124,000 nt of DNA from Octopus vulgaris (taxonomy: Eukaryota), in the NCBI GenBank assembly GCA_951406725.2, contig OX597834.1:39948001-40072000 (forward strand), in the 5' to 3' direction. This document shows positions 1 to 14,822 of this stretch, in pieces (the stretch's first letter is position 1; every line of letters starts with the position of its first letter). Made by a program: the position numbers and the translations under genes. The notes beneath the pieces were generated by a model that was not told the origin of the DNA, ran no database searches, and worked only from the letters and a program-made list of their open reading frames with translations.

Positions 1-735
1 TGTCATAATGACATCATATTTCTATTATTTCTACACATCATATCACTGCATTGTCGACACACAATAACTTCATGACAACCCACAAATAATATTTCTGCAA
101 AGTTTACAAATCAAATTTCTGACATATCCACTCAACATAGCTCTAAAGTAAGTAGACATTACTTAGTGACACCATCCACATGAAACAGCAACAGTCAAGT
201 TTGTGTTAACATATTTAAGGCAGGGAGCCAAAGAAAATTACAGCGCTAACGAGAAATAATGTGGTAAAGAGGAAAACTATATTAATCACTAATGAATATT
301 ATTTTTATTAAAGTAATTTATAAATAAGTTATTTTACTAAATTCTTTGTTATATTTAAAATTAATTAAAAGAAACACAGAGCATCTCAACAGAAATATGG
401 TAATAAATGGGTTAACATAGTTCTCCAGGAGATTCAGCATGATATGGAATGTGACAAGGTTGGCCTTTTTGCCAGCTGAGTGAACTGGAACAACATGAAA
501 TAAAGTGTTTTACTCAAGGACACAACACATCGCCAGGAATTGAACTTGCAACCTTACAATCCTGAGCTGAAGACCCTAAGCCAAAATACAAGCCTTCATG
601 TAAAAGACAAGGATGAAGAATAAGTTTCATCTGTTTAAATCTGGAAGCTGAAGGTAATGGAAAGAATTGTGGTAATTCCAAAGAACGAGGATAAGTTTTA
701 GTGAGACTGGGTTTAGAATAGTGAGAGACACTTAC

Positions 736-839
736 GTTTCCCTTTCACAGACATTGGAAGCTGACCGTTTCCTGTCTAATTTGGTAACACTTTTCGTTCT
801 TTTCAGATTGGTGCGTAATCCTTTCTTTGTGAAAAAATG
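736..839 (-). CDS. RASAL2/DAB2IP/SYNGAP1 (raskol): Internal coding exon of a SynGAP/DAB2IP/RASAL2-family RasGAP (HFFTKKGLRTNLKRTKSVTKLDRKRSASNVCERE + 2 nt), start of the PH-domain region
   Basis: Strong polypyrimidine acceptor (ttttttcttcttttgcag) and GTAAGT donor; 104 bp, phase 0 to 2. LKRTKSVTKLDR matches the family motif as I recall it (human IKRTKSQPKLDR; fly raskol LKRTKSVTKLER). Confidence 0.93.
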
Positions 840-1004
840 CTGCAAAAGAAGAAAAAAAAAGAAAACAAATTTAAATAGAATAAAAGATAAGTAAAATATA
901 ATAATAATAATATACAAGCAAATAAACACACACACACACACACACATACATCTATACGTTTTTTTATTTTTTACTTTTGCTGGACTGCAGCCAGAGGGGG
1001 GCAA

Positions 1005-1320
1005 TGGCCTAGTGGTTAGACTGCAACCAGAGTGGGGCAATGGCCTAGTGGTTAGCAGCAGACTCACGGTGGAGGGATCGTGGGTTCAAATCTCAGACTG
1101 GGCAATGTGTGTGTTTATGAGTGAAACAACCAAGCTCCATGCAGCTTTGGCAGAAGGTAATGGTGAACTTCTGCTGACTCTTTCGCCACTTCCTTATTTC
1201 ACTCTTTCCTCCAGCATCTTGCGGCTCACCTGCGACGGTCCAGCGTCCCGTCTAGGTGGGGAACCTATACACCAAGGAAACTGGCTCTTATGAGCCAGGC
1301 ATGGCTCAAGAAGGAACAAA
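1005..1320 (+). mobile_element. tRNA-derived SINE, head C + Meta-like tail, with a ~37-bp 5' tandem duplication
   Basis: A/B-box-like TGGCCTAGTGGTTAG...GGTTCAAATC; tail tgcgacgg..cgtcccgtc..ggaaactgg..ttatgagcc. Confidence 0.7.
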
Positions 1321-1329
1321 CAGAAAGAG

Positions 1330-1628
1330 GCAATGTTTTGAAGAAGTTTAGTCAAATGAACTGACCCCAGTTTTTCATATTCTTTTTTAAAGCCAAACTG
1401 TTATGATAAGGGGACATAAACACACCAACACCGGCTGTCAAGTAGTGGTGGGTGACAAACACAGACATACATACATGGCAAGCTTCATTCAGTTTACATC
1501 AACCAAATCCAGTCACAATGCTTTGGTTGGTCCAAGGCTATAGTAGAAGACACATCCCCAAGGTGCCGCGCAGTGGGGATTGAACCTGGGATCATGTGTT
1601 TAAATATCAAATGTCTTACTACACAGCA

Positions 1629-1630
<2 letters not shown>
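1330..1630 (-). mobile_element. Family A CORE-like SINE, degenerate
   Basis: Aligns by eye to the family A copies at 5952 and 70309. Confidence 0.7.
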
Positions 1631-1659
<29 letters not shown>

Positions 1660-2388
1660 GGTATAAAAATAAAATCAAGTTTGTATATTGTTTAAAGGGA
1701 AAAAGGATCTTCATAATCTCAGACAAAGTCTTTTGGGAAATGGAAAATGATTTGCACCATGTCTTTTCCTAAATTTCTCTGTTTCCCAAAGAATGACATT
1801 TTCTGAATTGTCCAAACCTTACAGTGATATGATAATTCTTTTATACCAGTAACAACAATTTGTACCAAAACTGACCACCATCAGCCTACATGAATCACAC
1901 ACACACACATTTGAAAGAACAGCAAAAAACAAGATCAATGACATTTCAATATATTCATCCCTACAGCTGATTCAATAATTCTTACATCACATTTACGTAA
2001 GAATTATGTAAAAAACTATATCTTCAAGGAAATATTTTGAGATATGAGCAGAATTCAGATTTTCCCATAGCTTTTTTTTTTTCAATGACAAAAAAAAAGA
2101 TTGATGGAAAAAAAATAAATGAATAAATTAAGATTTAGAATTTAAAGTAAATATAAGAAACCAGAACTTATCTTTTCTGCCAATTATCATATTACATTTA
2201 TTGCAGAACAACAAAGTTGCCCAGCAGGCTATAAAAAGGTAGTAGTAAACACAGAGTGAGAGAGAGAGGATGTCTATCAAACAACATATATATATATGTG
2301 TGTGTATATATATAAAATACATTTTAAACTGTGGAACTTGAATTATTTCACATCTCTCAAAATTTCTAAATTCTTATGACGTAAATGA

Positions 2389-2433
<45 letters not shown>

Positions 2434-3194
2434 CTCACATATATAATACATATAACAATGCACACAATATATAACATCCACACACATACACATATAATAC
2501 TGACATATGCACACACAAATGCACATATATATAACATTCATACATATAACATTCATATACGCACACACATCTATATAAAACATTCATACATGCACACACA
2601 CACACATACAAATACACATATATAACATACACACATGTCTATAACATTCACATACACACACACGTCTATATAAAACATTCATATATGCATAACATTCACA
2701 CACGCAAGCACATACACACAAATACACATATATATAACATTCACACACATATATATATAACATACATATATGCACACCTGTCTATATAAAGCATTCATAT
2801 ATGCACACACATTCTAACATTCACACACGCAAGCACACACACACAAATACATTTTCCTGCTAAAAAAAAGCACAAATCAATCCAAAATATCTTTGTTAAA
2901 TAAGTAAGTATCAAAGAGTAAATTATGGAATCCAAAGAAATGGGTGATGAACTATGTCTGCTGTACGCAATAATTACCAATAATTATTCCAGTGTAAATA
3001 TCAGAAAAAAATGTCTAACTATTGCATGAATTTGGACGAAAGATGATGATAAATGTAATAATTGTTGATCTACATTGTGAATGAGGTTTTTTTTTTAATT
3101 TGTTGCTGATATTTAGTTGTTGTCATGTGACTGTCACCTACCCAAGTAGGTTGAATTCAAGTAAGTATTCACACACTTCAACAAGCATACACGA

Positions 3195-3714
<520 letters not shown>

Positions 3715-3715
<1 letters not shown>

Positions 3716-3885
3716 TTAACTGATTGGAAGTGTTATCATGTACATTGTTTTGTCTTGGTACAAAAGATAGGCTACAGCAAATATTCTACTCAATGCCACA
3801 GATTTGCTTGTCAGTTGTTTGACCTTAGCCAGTTGAGCATGTCCCTTAGTGGCTGACGATATGTGCATCTTTGATCATGCACCTA
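3715..3885 (+). mobile_element. Unclassified dispersed repeat beginning right after an (AAT)n array
   Basis: Matches the reverse complement of part of 6845-7140. Confidence 0.7.
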
Positions 3886-4229
3886 TATATTAATGATGTA
3901 CATGACAGGTATACATAATACTGAAATACACATAAAGTAAACACAGGTAACAGGTCATTTCACAGATGCTAAACTATAAATTTCACAAGATACAACCTTG
4001 AAGCTGACACCAGTGTCTCACTATTGGCTAAAAATACAGTTTCTTTCTATTTTTGAAATTCTGTAACTTTTTATTCTAATTTTTTTCTCCACAAGATCGT
4101 GGATTCACAGCAATAAGAGTGGAAAACTACATCAATATAACCAATTTTCAGATTTTTTACTTTAAAAAAAATGCAGATTCTGTGAATCAACTTCACTAGA
4201 TCCGTGAAAAAATTTCTAGCTTTAAGGAT

Positions 4230-4400
4230 TTCGTGAAAGGCTTGGCTGGAGGTCAAACCTTCTGAGTTCTTTTACAGGACTTAGAAAAACTGAAGGATCA
4301 CTACAATAAGTCTGGGAATCTGAGAAGGGAATATGTTGACTAAATTCATAATTAACTGATATTCCAGGAACTCTTGCAGCATCCCTTTGTATTTTGTTTT
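4230..4400 (+). mobile_element. Mariner-derived MITE fragment
   Basis: Homologous to 42303-42518; contains an LRREYVD-like transposase C-terminal remnant. Confidence 0.65.
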
Positions 4401-4799
4401 ACCAGGAAACAAATTATCTTTTTTCTATAAGAAATCAAATTTAATTACACGTAAACACCAGAGGATAGATGAGGTAAAAACCACGTGATTTTATTTATAT
4501 TTTATTCATTTTCTTTAATGGTTTTTTTTTTTTGGATAGTATTTAGAACATTCTAGAGGGAAGCTTAACTAAAGAATATTACATTTTTTATTGTTTTTGA
4601 AGCTAACTTGCTCAGCTATCCTTTCCTCTCCATTCGTTTTGGCATTCATTTGTATTCAATAATGAACACCAATAAATTATATACCAGTTTTGGTATTGGA
4701 AGCACATCACTGTAAAGGCAATCCACATAAAAATCACCTACCTGCCTTCCTACCTTTCTATTAGACTATCTATCTAGCTAACAGTCCATTGATCCAGTG

Positions 4800-4917
4800 A
4801 ACAATTTATCTATCAGTCTCTCTACCTATCTAGCAGTCACTCTACCTAGTTTTCTGTCTATCTACCTATCTATCAAGCAATCTGTCAGTCTATCAATTTA
4901 TCTACCTATCAAATAAT

Positions 4918-4973
<56 letters not shown>

Positions 4974-5032
4974 ATCTTTCACTATCTATTTATCAGTCTA
5001 ACTTTCTATCTCTCAGTCTATTAGTCTCTTTC

Positions 5033-5067
<35 letters not shown>

Positions 5068-5160
5068 GTCTGTCTATTTGCCTGTACTTCTATCAACCTT
5101 TCTATATACCAATATATCTATCTTCCTATATATGAATGTAATCCATCTATCTATCTATCC

Positions 5161-5215
<55 letters not shown>

Positions 5216-5292
5216 CATCTGTCTATCCATCTATCTATCCCTCTAGCTATCTATCAGTCTACCCAGCTATCCATCAAGCTATCAATTACTCC

Positions 5293-5353
<61 letters not shown>

Positions 5354-5585
5354 CCTATCTATCTCTCTATCTATTTGCCTGTACTTCTATCAATCTTTCT
5401 ATCTACCAATATATCTATCTTCCTATATATGAATGTAATCCATCTGTCTATCTATCTATCTATATATCTATCTATCTATCTATCTATCCATCTATCTATC
5501 CATCTATCTATCTATCAGTCTACCCATCTATCAATCAAGCTATCAATTACTCCATCTATCCATCCATCCATCTATCTATCCTCTT
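4800..5585 (+). repeat. (TCTA)n compound microsatellite with an internal duplicated block
   Basis: The block tttgcctgtacttctatcaa...tatgaatgtaatccatct occurs near 5075 and 5373. Confidence 0.9.
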
Positions 5586-5951
5586 ATCTTTCATATCTCT
5601 ACACACATAATACACTTTAAAATAATCTCTAACACACACCACATACAACAGATCAGATCAAACTATAATTATACAAAAGAGAAAAAAAAGTCAAATTAGA
5701 TAAATGATTGAAAATAAGAAAATAACATAAAAAAAACAAAAACCAGAACAACAAAAAATAAACTCACAAAATAAATCACATGAATATTTTAGTAATGACT
5801 CTTTAGAATTGGTGATTCCAATCCTTGGGTTTATTGCTGTGAATTTCCAATTAAAACTGCCTAAGATCTATAAAGTTGGTCATTAACTATTTTAACCCCT
5901 TGGCCGTCACATTATTCTCTCAAAAGTAATGCTTGTTTTTCTCTCTCTTTT

Positions 5952-6362
5952 CTCTTTTAGTTGTTTCAGTCATTTGACTGCGGCCATGCTGGAGCACCGC
6001 CTTTAGTCGAGCACATCGACCCCCAGGACTTATTCTTTGTAAGCCTAGTACTTATTTCTATCAGTCTCTTTTTGCCGAACTGCTAAGTTACGGGGACGTA
6101 AACACACCGGCATCGGTTGTCAAGCGATGATGGAGGGAGCGGGGAAGGAGAACACAGACACACAAATACATACACACACATACACGTATATATACATATA
6201 TACGACGGGCTTCTTTCAGTTTCCGTCTACTAAATCCACTCACAAGGTTTTGGTCGGTCCGAGGCTATAGTAGAAGACACTTGCCCAAGGTGCTATGCAG
6301 TGGGACTGAACCCGGAACCATGTGGTTCGTAAGCAAGCTACTTACCACACAGCCACTCCTAT
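5952..6362 (-). mobile_element. Family A tRNA/CORE-like SINE, near full length, inserted in a piggyBac-like MITE
   Basis: Head ggagtggctgtgtggtaagtagc...gttcagtcccactg, CORE-like ccttgggcaagtg, internal (TA/TG)n and ...gaaacaactaaaagag tail. MITE halves lie at 5890-5940 and 6362-6600. Confidence 0.85.
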
Positions 6363-6844
6363 GCACATTGTTTTGAATTAATCTTGCATTTATCTTGCAG
6401 CTTTGAGAATTTTATGAGGTAGCTGTTAATTTTTAGAATGACATTGTAGGGTTGGTGTGAGAAGCCAGATCTGAACATGCATAAGAACAAATACAGGCAG
6501 AATATTTTGGCCAGACATGACCGGTTTAATTAACCCTTTAAAAGATTACTCTGTCAAATCGTAACGCTTATTAATTCACTTAGTTTTGAATTAATCATGC
6601 ATTAGGCATAGGAGTGGCTGTGTGGTAAGTAGCTTGCTTACCAACCACATGGTTCCGGGTTCAGAAGAAAATGGAAGGAATCCAGAAGTAGTATTCATTA
6701 GCTGTTAGACATTATAATATTTCTATTCATTTATTTTAAACAGTTCAGATAATATACAAATACACGTGTAAAGTATTAGTAATTTCTAGAATAGAGAAAA
6801 GAGAAAGATAAGCAAGAAGATATATACATACATAGGTATGTTGA

Positions 6845-7140
6845 ATGAAACACCCATGTTTCCAGAGGTGATTTATTCAAACCCCCAAAGAATCCTTCTA
6901 AACACATGGCTATGATGTTCCCCCACTACTTCTGCTCGTGATCAGAGATGCACATATCGTCAGCCACCAAGGGACATGCTCAACTGGTTAAGGTCAAACA
7001 ACTGACAAACAAATCTGTGATATTGAGCAGAATATTTGCTGCAGCCCATCTTTTATACCAAGACTAAACAATGTACATAACACTTCCAATCAGTTCAGAT
7101 CAGAAGCCACGAGAGCCACTGCCTGGGACTGCATCAGGGC
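6845..7140 (-). mobile_element. Unclassified (AAT)n-associated dispersed repeat
   Basis: Shares about 170 bp with 3715-3885; abuts an (ATT)n tract. Confidence 0.7.
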
Positions 7141-7374
7141 ATTATTATCATTACTATTATTATTATTATAATTAATATTATTGTTGTTATTATTATTATT
7201 ATTATCATCATTATTTTATTTCTATTCTATTTTGGTAAGCAATATATTTGGGAAATATATATATATTTTAACAATATATGAAATTTAAAAATAGAAACAA
7301 TACAAAATAGAAGAATCCGTATACATATATTTATACATACACACATATACGTGTATGTGTGTATATATATATAT

Positions 7375-7413
<39 letters not shown>

Positions 7414-7814
7414 CACACACGCACAAATCTATATATGCACAAACACACACTCAGAGTAGATTTATTCGATATTCAATGAATTTTATTTCATTTCATGATA
7501 TGGTGATGAAATGAGTTATTAAATCACAAAGAGACGAGGGGAAAAAAAATCAATGAAAAACAAAAGTTAAACGTGAGGGGGGAAAAAAAAAACCATTTAA
7601 TTTTTCTTTTTTTGTATATTTATTTTAATTTCTTTTTCTTTTTTTTTTTCAATATAGTCGAAGATGGAAGCAAAAGGTGGGATTCTGAAATGATCCGTTG
7701 CTATGGATATTATGTATTGATGGCTAATCATAAGACACGTAAGACATTGCAATTCATTTGATCTGTTATGCCATGTGGAAAATTTAAAGATTACATGATT
7801 GGTAGAACAATGGA

Positions 7815-7815
7815 G

Positions 7816-7850
<35 letters not shown>

Positions 7851-7930
7851 GGTGGTGGTGGTGGTGGTGGTGGTGGTGGTGGTAGAAGTTAGTAGTAGTA
7901 GTGGTGGTGGTGGTGGTGGTGGTGGTGGTG

Positions 7931-7977
<47 letters not shown>

Positions 7978-8085
7978 GGTGGTGGTGGTAGTAGTAGTAG
8001 TAGTAGTGGTGGTGGTGGTGGTGGTGGTGGTGGTGGTGGTAGTAGTAGTGAGAACAATAATGATGATGATGATGATGATGATGCG
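7815..8085 (+). repeat. (GTA)n/(GGT)n/(GAT)n triplet array
   Basis: Direct reading. Confidence 0.95.
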
Positions 8086-8216
8086 AAAAAAATGTTGGCG
8101 GTGGGGGTATAGAACATTTGAAACAAACTTTTAGATTTAATATTTTTGATTCCTTATATTATGTTCTAGAATCAAAGAGAGATGATAATCAATAATCTAT
8201 GTGTACACACACACAC

Positions 8217-8254
<38 letters not shown>

Positions 8255-8392
8255 GTGTGTGTGTGTGTGTATATAAATGTATACACACACATACATATAT
8301 GCATATGTGTGTCTATATATACACACATATATACATACATGTGTATGTGTGTATATATAATACACATATGTGTGTGTGTATGTGTGTGAGTG

Positions 8393-8426
<34 letters not shown>

Positions 8427-8505
8427 TACACTGTGTGTATGTCTGTATGTGAATGTGTATGTATATATATATATATATATACACACACATGTATACATAT
8501 ATGCC

Positions 8506-8554
<49 letters not shown>

Positions 8555-8586
8555 CCTCTTAGGGCATGGTCAGGGTGTCGCCAAGT

Positions 8587-8645
<59 letters not shown>

Positions 8646-10214
8646 CTAAGTACTTTGGTTTCAAACAAAAATTTTGTGTCCTTCAGTTTTAATGAAATAA
8701 CATTTTAGCTTAGAACTCTTTCATAAAATACACACACACACACATACACATATATATATTTATATATATAAATGTATATATAAATGTGTGTGTGTGTGTG
8801 TGCATGTACATTTATATATATATTTTTCGGATTGGCTTTGTATCAACCAGAAGATCTTTACTCTATTCGGTACCGGAAAATCAAAGACATTTACTGTTTT
8901 GTGTCGACAACAAACTACTGAGCGTGCAAAACACTAAGATATTCTTGATGTTGGTTGCACGCAAAAACATCACCACCATCACCATCATGTTTTTTTTTAT
9001 CACCATTTTTCTATGCCTGCTTGGGATCGTTCCTACAGTGTCTTGTCACCTTGTTATCAGTTCTCTATCATCTGGCCCACACAGCAACAGAAAAAAGAAA
9101 GAAGGACAAAAAAAAAAACCCGACCATTATTTTTCTTGTTATTAGACCTATTCTGTTGTTTTGGTATGGTTCACATGACCATCACCAACCACTCCATGGA
9201 TTGGCTTGTTATTTTATTGATGAACAAACCACACTGCTTGTATGACAGTGATACTCATTTACAACTATCATATGATGTCAAGACAAGGAGGTAGCAACAC
9301 AGACATGCATATATATATATGTAGTTGTAGTTGAACCAGAGATTTAAAAGAAGACACTTGCCCAAGGTCCCATGCGGTGAGACTGAACACAGAGTCAGGT
9401 GACTGGAAGGCAAACTTCTTACCACACACCCACCCTGCACCTATCTGATATACATATGTGTGTGTGTGTGTATGTACCTACACTGCAGCAAGGTACCTGT
9501 TTCTGTTTTTCTTTTATACTCTAACTGTTCTACACCTGGCACAAAACCACCTCCCTAAATACTGCATCCACACTCTGTCAAGGGGTCCTGTCTTGCAAGT
9601 TACTCAGCGACCTCACTGGTGCTGGTGCCACAAAAGAAAAAAAAAACAAACATTAGAAACCTTACCAAAGCAAATGTTAGAGACCAGCATAGCCCTCTGG
9701 TTAATCAGATCCTGTTAAACCGTCCAACCCATGACAGCATGGAATACAGACATCAAATGACGATGATGAAGAAGATGAAGATGATGACTGCTATTAAATC
9801 ACTTTATTCTTGTAATTTTAGCTTTTCACTCGAACGTGACATCCTGCTTAGAATAATGATACAAAACTAAAGTAGCTATCGTTTAATCTCCCCAAATCAG
9901 TTGTGACTAAGCAGAAATATGATCAAAGACATTCAAGTCTTGCCCATCCTGTATTTTATTCAGACATAGTGTAGCTAAGAGTACATTAGTCAATGTATTC
10001 CCCACCACCTCTTTATTACAATGGTGGAATTTTGATTTTTGGTTACTATTTCTAGCAACTCAGGCAACAGGAGGTGTCTTAAATAGTTCGTAGTAGTAGT
10101 AGTAGTTGTTTAGTCCCAGATCTGCTGTGATCCAGCTGACCTATGAGCAAAGACCTTCCAGCAATGACTAACCCGTTTTATTTGAAGACATAGTCTATTT
10201 AGAATTATGTTGGG

Positions 10215-10530
10215 CAGGCTCACAAAATCAAGGGGAAAAAAGCCAACATTGCACCCATGACTCTCAGAAACACTTTTCCATGCTCGCAATTGCTGAAGCA
10301 TGGAATAAACTATCCACATCAGTTCTTAGCTGTTGGGACCCTACATCCTTCAGAACTTCCATGCTCCCCCAAAAAACAGCATGCCTGACACCCACACCTT
10401 TTTTTTATAGCCACTCATTCCCTGCTCCCTTCCTGTGCATTATTCTATATGCTGTTCATGCACTTTTAGCTACTTTATCCGATGGGTTGTGGTGCACCTG
10501 AACACTGTATACAATAAGTTTGTTATTGTT
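10215..10530 (+). mobile_element. CR1/L2-clade LINE 3' end
   Basis: Frameshifted RKHFSMLAIAEAWNKLSTSVLSC C-terminal motif followed by a 3'UTR; related copy at 54495-54610. Confidence 0.7.
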
Positions 10531-10532
10531 TT

Positions 10533-10790
10533 ATTACATCCGCCTTAGCGGAGGTGAAGGTATTGTTTTCAGTCATGTTTGTTTGTCCATGGACAAGATA
10601 TCTCAAGAACCGTGGGATGGATTCAGTTGAACCTTTCAAGGATGTTTGGTCACATGACTGGCACAAACTCATTAGATTTTGGAATTAATTTGGTACCAGA
10701 CAAGGATATTTACTCTTCCTGTTTTTTTCACTAAATTTTTGAGAGCGGTCGGATTCATTTTTAGTATCCTCATTATATGTTTTGCCTGTT
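10533..10790 (+). mobile_element. Crypton-like non-autonomous DNA element fragment
   Basis: Starts TTATTACATCCGCC..GGAGGT..TGTTTTC..gtttgtttgtcc..caagatatctcaagaac, which resembles CryptonV-type non-autonomous termini. Confidence 0.5.
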
Positions 10791-10834
10791 TCAAGTGTGA
10801 TGTTCAGTAAATGGGTGTATCCATGTAAAATGAC

Positions 10835-11515
10835 AGATTTACTCCACCATCAGTCAAGTTTTGTGAAGATCCTCAAGAGATTGGAGAAGTAATCCACCAT
10901 CAAAGAAGCTTTATAAAGATCTATATGAGATAAAAGACTTATACTCCACAGTTAAATTTTGCAAAGATCCATGTAAGATCGGAGAAGTGTACTCCACCGT
11001 CAAATGGATTTTGTAAAGGTCCATAGGAGATAAGAGAAATGTATTTCACCATCAAACGGATTTTGTAAAGGTCCATGTAAGATAGGAGAAGTGTACTCCA
11101 CCGTCAAATGGATTTTGTAAAGGTCCATAGGAGATAAGAGAAATGTACTCTACCATCAAATAGATTTTGTAAAGGTCCATGGGAGATAGGAAAAATGTAC
11201 TCCCCCGTCAAATGGATTTTGTAAAGGTCCATGTGAGATAGGAGGAATGTACTCTACCGTCAAATGGATTTTGTAAAGGTCCATAGGAGATAAGAGAAAT
11301 GTACTCTACCGTCAAATGGATTTTGTAAAGGTCCATAGGAGATAGGAAAAATGTACTCCCCCGTCAAATGGATTTTGTAAAGGTCCATTTGAGATAGGAG
11401 GAATGTACTCCACCGTCAAAGGATTTTGAAATGGTCCATAGGAGATAGAAATGTACTCTTCTGTCAAATGGATTTTGTAAAGGCCCACGTGAGACAGAGG
11501 AGATGTACTCTACTG
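10835..11515 (+). repeat. 52-bp minisatellite, about 13 copies
   Basis: Unit gtactccaccgtcaaatggattttgtaaaggtccataggagataagagaaat; starts at 10989, 11041 and 11093. Confidence 0.92.
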
Positions 11516-11964
11516 TCAGACAAATCTGGTAATAGTTCAACAGCTGGGCTTGTAGTATTTACTTGTTCCAAACAGGAAATCCATCTTTTGGTGATCGACT
11601 TTAGTGCCCTATTAACTCATACCATCAGCCATCACCAAGCTCCTTCTTCCCCTACACCCACACCACCACCACCATTCCTGCAATGCTCTGTCCTGTCTGT
11701 CACATGACTGACACACTTTCATTGTCTTTCAATTTCAGGAAATGGACATATGGTAACACTGGAAAAACAAAAAAAAATAACACAGGACGTGCTTACATTT
11801 TCTTCCCCCACCCCACCCCACCACCACTTTATTCTTTTTTTTCTTCTTTCTTTTCGAAATTGGTGAACTTCAAAACTAACAACATCGAGATAATAACAGA
11901 AGACCTCGAAATTATTGAAGGACAAAAAAAAAAATAATAAATAAAATTGTAAACAACATATAAG

Positions 11965-12490
11965 CGCAGACATGGCTGTGTGGCCAGAAGCTTGCTTCCC
12001 TACCTCACAGTTCCGGGTTCAGTCCCACTGCGTGACACCTTGGGCAAGTGTCTTCTACTATAGCCTCAGGCCAACCAAAGCCTTGTCAGTGGATTTGGTA
12101 GATGGAAACTGAAAGAAGCCTGTCGCATATATGTGTGTGTGTGTGTATATGTATTTGTCCCTCAACATTGCTTGACAACCAATGTTGCTGTGTTTACATC
12201 CCCCCATAACTTAGCAGTTCAGCAAAAGAGACCGATAGCATAAGTAATAGGCTGAGTGCTCCACAGACATGCACACAGTTGAGGTAGTTCTCAGGGAGGT
12301 TCAGCATGACACAGAATGTAACAAGGCTGGTGCCCTTTGAATTAAAGGTGCAACTCCTTTCTTTGCCAGCTGAATGAACTGAAGCAACATAAAATAAAGT
12401 GTCTTACTCAAGGACACAATATGCTGTCAGGAATCGAACTCACAATTTTACAATCATGAGCTAAATACCCTAACGTCTAAGCCAGGCACC
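11965..12490 (+). mobile_element. Family A SINE followed by fragments of the X-tail and K-head SINE modules
   Basis: Match to other copies in the window. Confidence 0.7.
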
Positions 12491-12598
12491 TTTACTCCTA
12501 GTCCATAACTTTTGAGCAAAAATACAACTAGTCTCGCCGAGAAATCCTCCTCTCGAAATTTGAAATCTACCCTAAACAGTGGCCAATTTCAGGCATTA

Positions 12599-12819
12599 TT
12601 AACCCTTTCGTTACCGTATTTATTTTGAGATGTTCTGTGTTTCTTTCAATTAATTTTAAATATGACAAAGAATTTAGTAAAATAACTTTAAGCTAGTGTT
12701 GGGAGCATAAATTGTGACTTAGGTTTGGTGAAAGATTTTAATTCAGAACTTTTGGAAACAAGACATTTCTACTACAGAATGAGAGGCAGTTTCAGGTGGA
12801 TTGGTACCAAAAGGGTTAA
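12599..12819. mobile_element. piggyBac-like MITE (TTAA-CCCTTT...AAAGGG-TTAA)
   Basis: TTAA flanks and CCCTTT terminal inverted repeats; further copies at 17158-17390 and 17410-17592, fragments near 320-416 and 38080-38170. Confidence 0.8.
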
Positions 12820-13789
12820 ATGACTTAGAAACTTTGCCTCACCACTCTTGAAGATGGAGCAAAATGCCAGGAAGCTTTGAATCAATAATGGAGGAAGTTA
12901 TTTTGAAGAATTCAACAAGGATTAACTTGCATAGAAACGCAGTAAGTTTGTTTTGGTTTTAAAATTTTGCTTCTTCATTAACAGACCTTGTGTGTGGGTG
13001 TGTGTGTGTGTGTGTGTGCGTGTGTGTGTGTGTGTGGCGGCATGTGTGTGTGTGTCTGTATACTGTCTGTATACTGCTACACACAACTGCACATATCTAT
13101 ACATGCACAGGTGTGTATGTGTATATACAACCACACACACACCAGTGCACATTTAGATATGTATATGCATGTATGAGTATGCTTATGTATGAGTGTGCGT
13201 GTACACATACCTACACACCCATACATATGTAAACATTTACATATATGTATGTATACATTTATACATATATATATACATACGCACACACATACATATATGT
13301 ATAAATATATATATATATACACACATACACATTTATATATACATATAGATTTATATAATATATATTTATATATATATGTATATATATACATATATATATA
13401 TTATATACACACACACACACACTCATATATTCATATATATACATTTTTTTCTATACATATACACACATTGATATATACATACATACACACATATATACAC
13501 ACACATATACATAACAGTAAAGAGAATAAGTAAGAGAGATAGAAGCCAGGAAAATACAAGAAAATGAGATAAAATATAACATTGAAATAAGGGAGGTGGG
13601 GGAGTTGTGCGTTACATAATTTAGTTGCTTCGTTAAGAATTTGTAATTAGAATGAATTATAGTAGGAAATATTAGAAGAATGGATGCATAACGAGCACTA
13701 CAGTAAAATGAAGAATATACACTGAGGTTGAGATGACCTGAATATAACATTCTATAGATATATATTCTAGATATTATTATTATTATTAT

Positions 13790-14107
13790 TATTATTTATG
13801 GGTTTTTCTTCTTCTTTCAAATTTGCTTCCATTTCTCGCCGAGTGTCTTCCCGACTCCTAGGGCAAAGGAACTCATTGTATACATTGGTAGGCCATTAAA
13901 CTAAACTCACTAGTTCGTTCATTTAAAAAATTTTTTTTATAGAAATAAAGTTAAATTAAAATACATGGGTAGTAATTGTTCTCACATCGACAATGCTCTT
14001 CTCAATACGTGTGATGTACCAGTTAAGACAATCTTTTGCACATCTTGCAGGGATGGTAAGCCAGGGATCATTCTCATATAATTTTCGGTTCCCTTCTTGA
14101 TCATTCC
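13790..14107 (-). mobile_element. R4/Dong-like (RLE) non-LTR retrotransposon 3' end inside (AAT)n
   Basis: GMIKKGTENYMRMIPGLPSLQDVQKIVLTGTSHVLRRALSM* followed by a 3'UTR; (AAT)n on both sides. Confidence 0.8.
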
Positions 14108-14146
<39 letters not shown>

Positions 14147-14149
14147 GGG

Positions 14150-14800
14150 GGTGAGCTGGCAGAACCGTTAGCATGCCGGACAAAATGCTTAGTGGCATTT
14201 CGTTTGTCCTTAGGTTCTGAGTTCAAATTGCGCTGAGATTGGCTTTCCCTTTTATCGTTTCGGAGTCAATGAAATAAGTACCAGTGAGACACTGGGGTTG
14301 ATGTAATCGACTAGTTCCCTCCCCCCATTTCAGGCCTTGCACCTTCAGTAAAAAGGATTATTGTTATTGTAGTATAAGGCGGCAAGCTGGCAGAATCTTT
14401 AGCACGCCTGGTGAAATGCTTGGCAGTATTTCGTCTGCTGCTATGTTCTGAGTTCAAATTCCGCCGAGATCAACTTTGCCTTTCATACTTTCAGGGTCGA
14501 TTAAATAAGTACCAGTTATGCACTGGGGTTGATATAATCGACTTAATCCCTTTGTCTGTCCTTGTTTGTCCTCTCTGTGTTTAGCCCCTTGTGGGCAATA
14601 AAGAAATAATTACTGTTGTTGTAAAGGTGGCAACCTGGCAAAATCGTTAGTGCATGGTACAAAATGCTTAGCGGTATTTCACTGGTCACTACATTCTGAG
14701 TTCATATTCCACCAAAGTCTGTTTATCCTTGGTGGGGAAGGGGTCAATAAAATAAGTACCAGTTGAACTCTGGGTCAATGTAACTGACTCATCCCCTCAC
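14150..14800 (+). mobile_element. Three tandem family B SINE copies
   Basis: ggcgagctggcagaa...gttctgagttcaaattcc head and ctttgcctttcatcctttcggggtcg core, with two alternative 3' ends. Confidence 0.85.
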
Positions 14801-14822
14801 CAAAGATTGTGACAAAATTTGA

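Noticed and set aside
10835-11515. CRISPR-like regular repeats (also the 49-, 31- and 162-bp arrays)
   Set aside because: Contiguous tandem units with no unique spacers, no cas genes and a eukaryotic context.
11739-11752. Plus-strand micro-exon (tttcag|GAAATGGACATATG|gtaaca)
   Set aside because: Too short to distinguish from chance and no supporting gene model.
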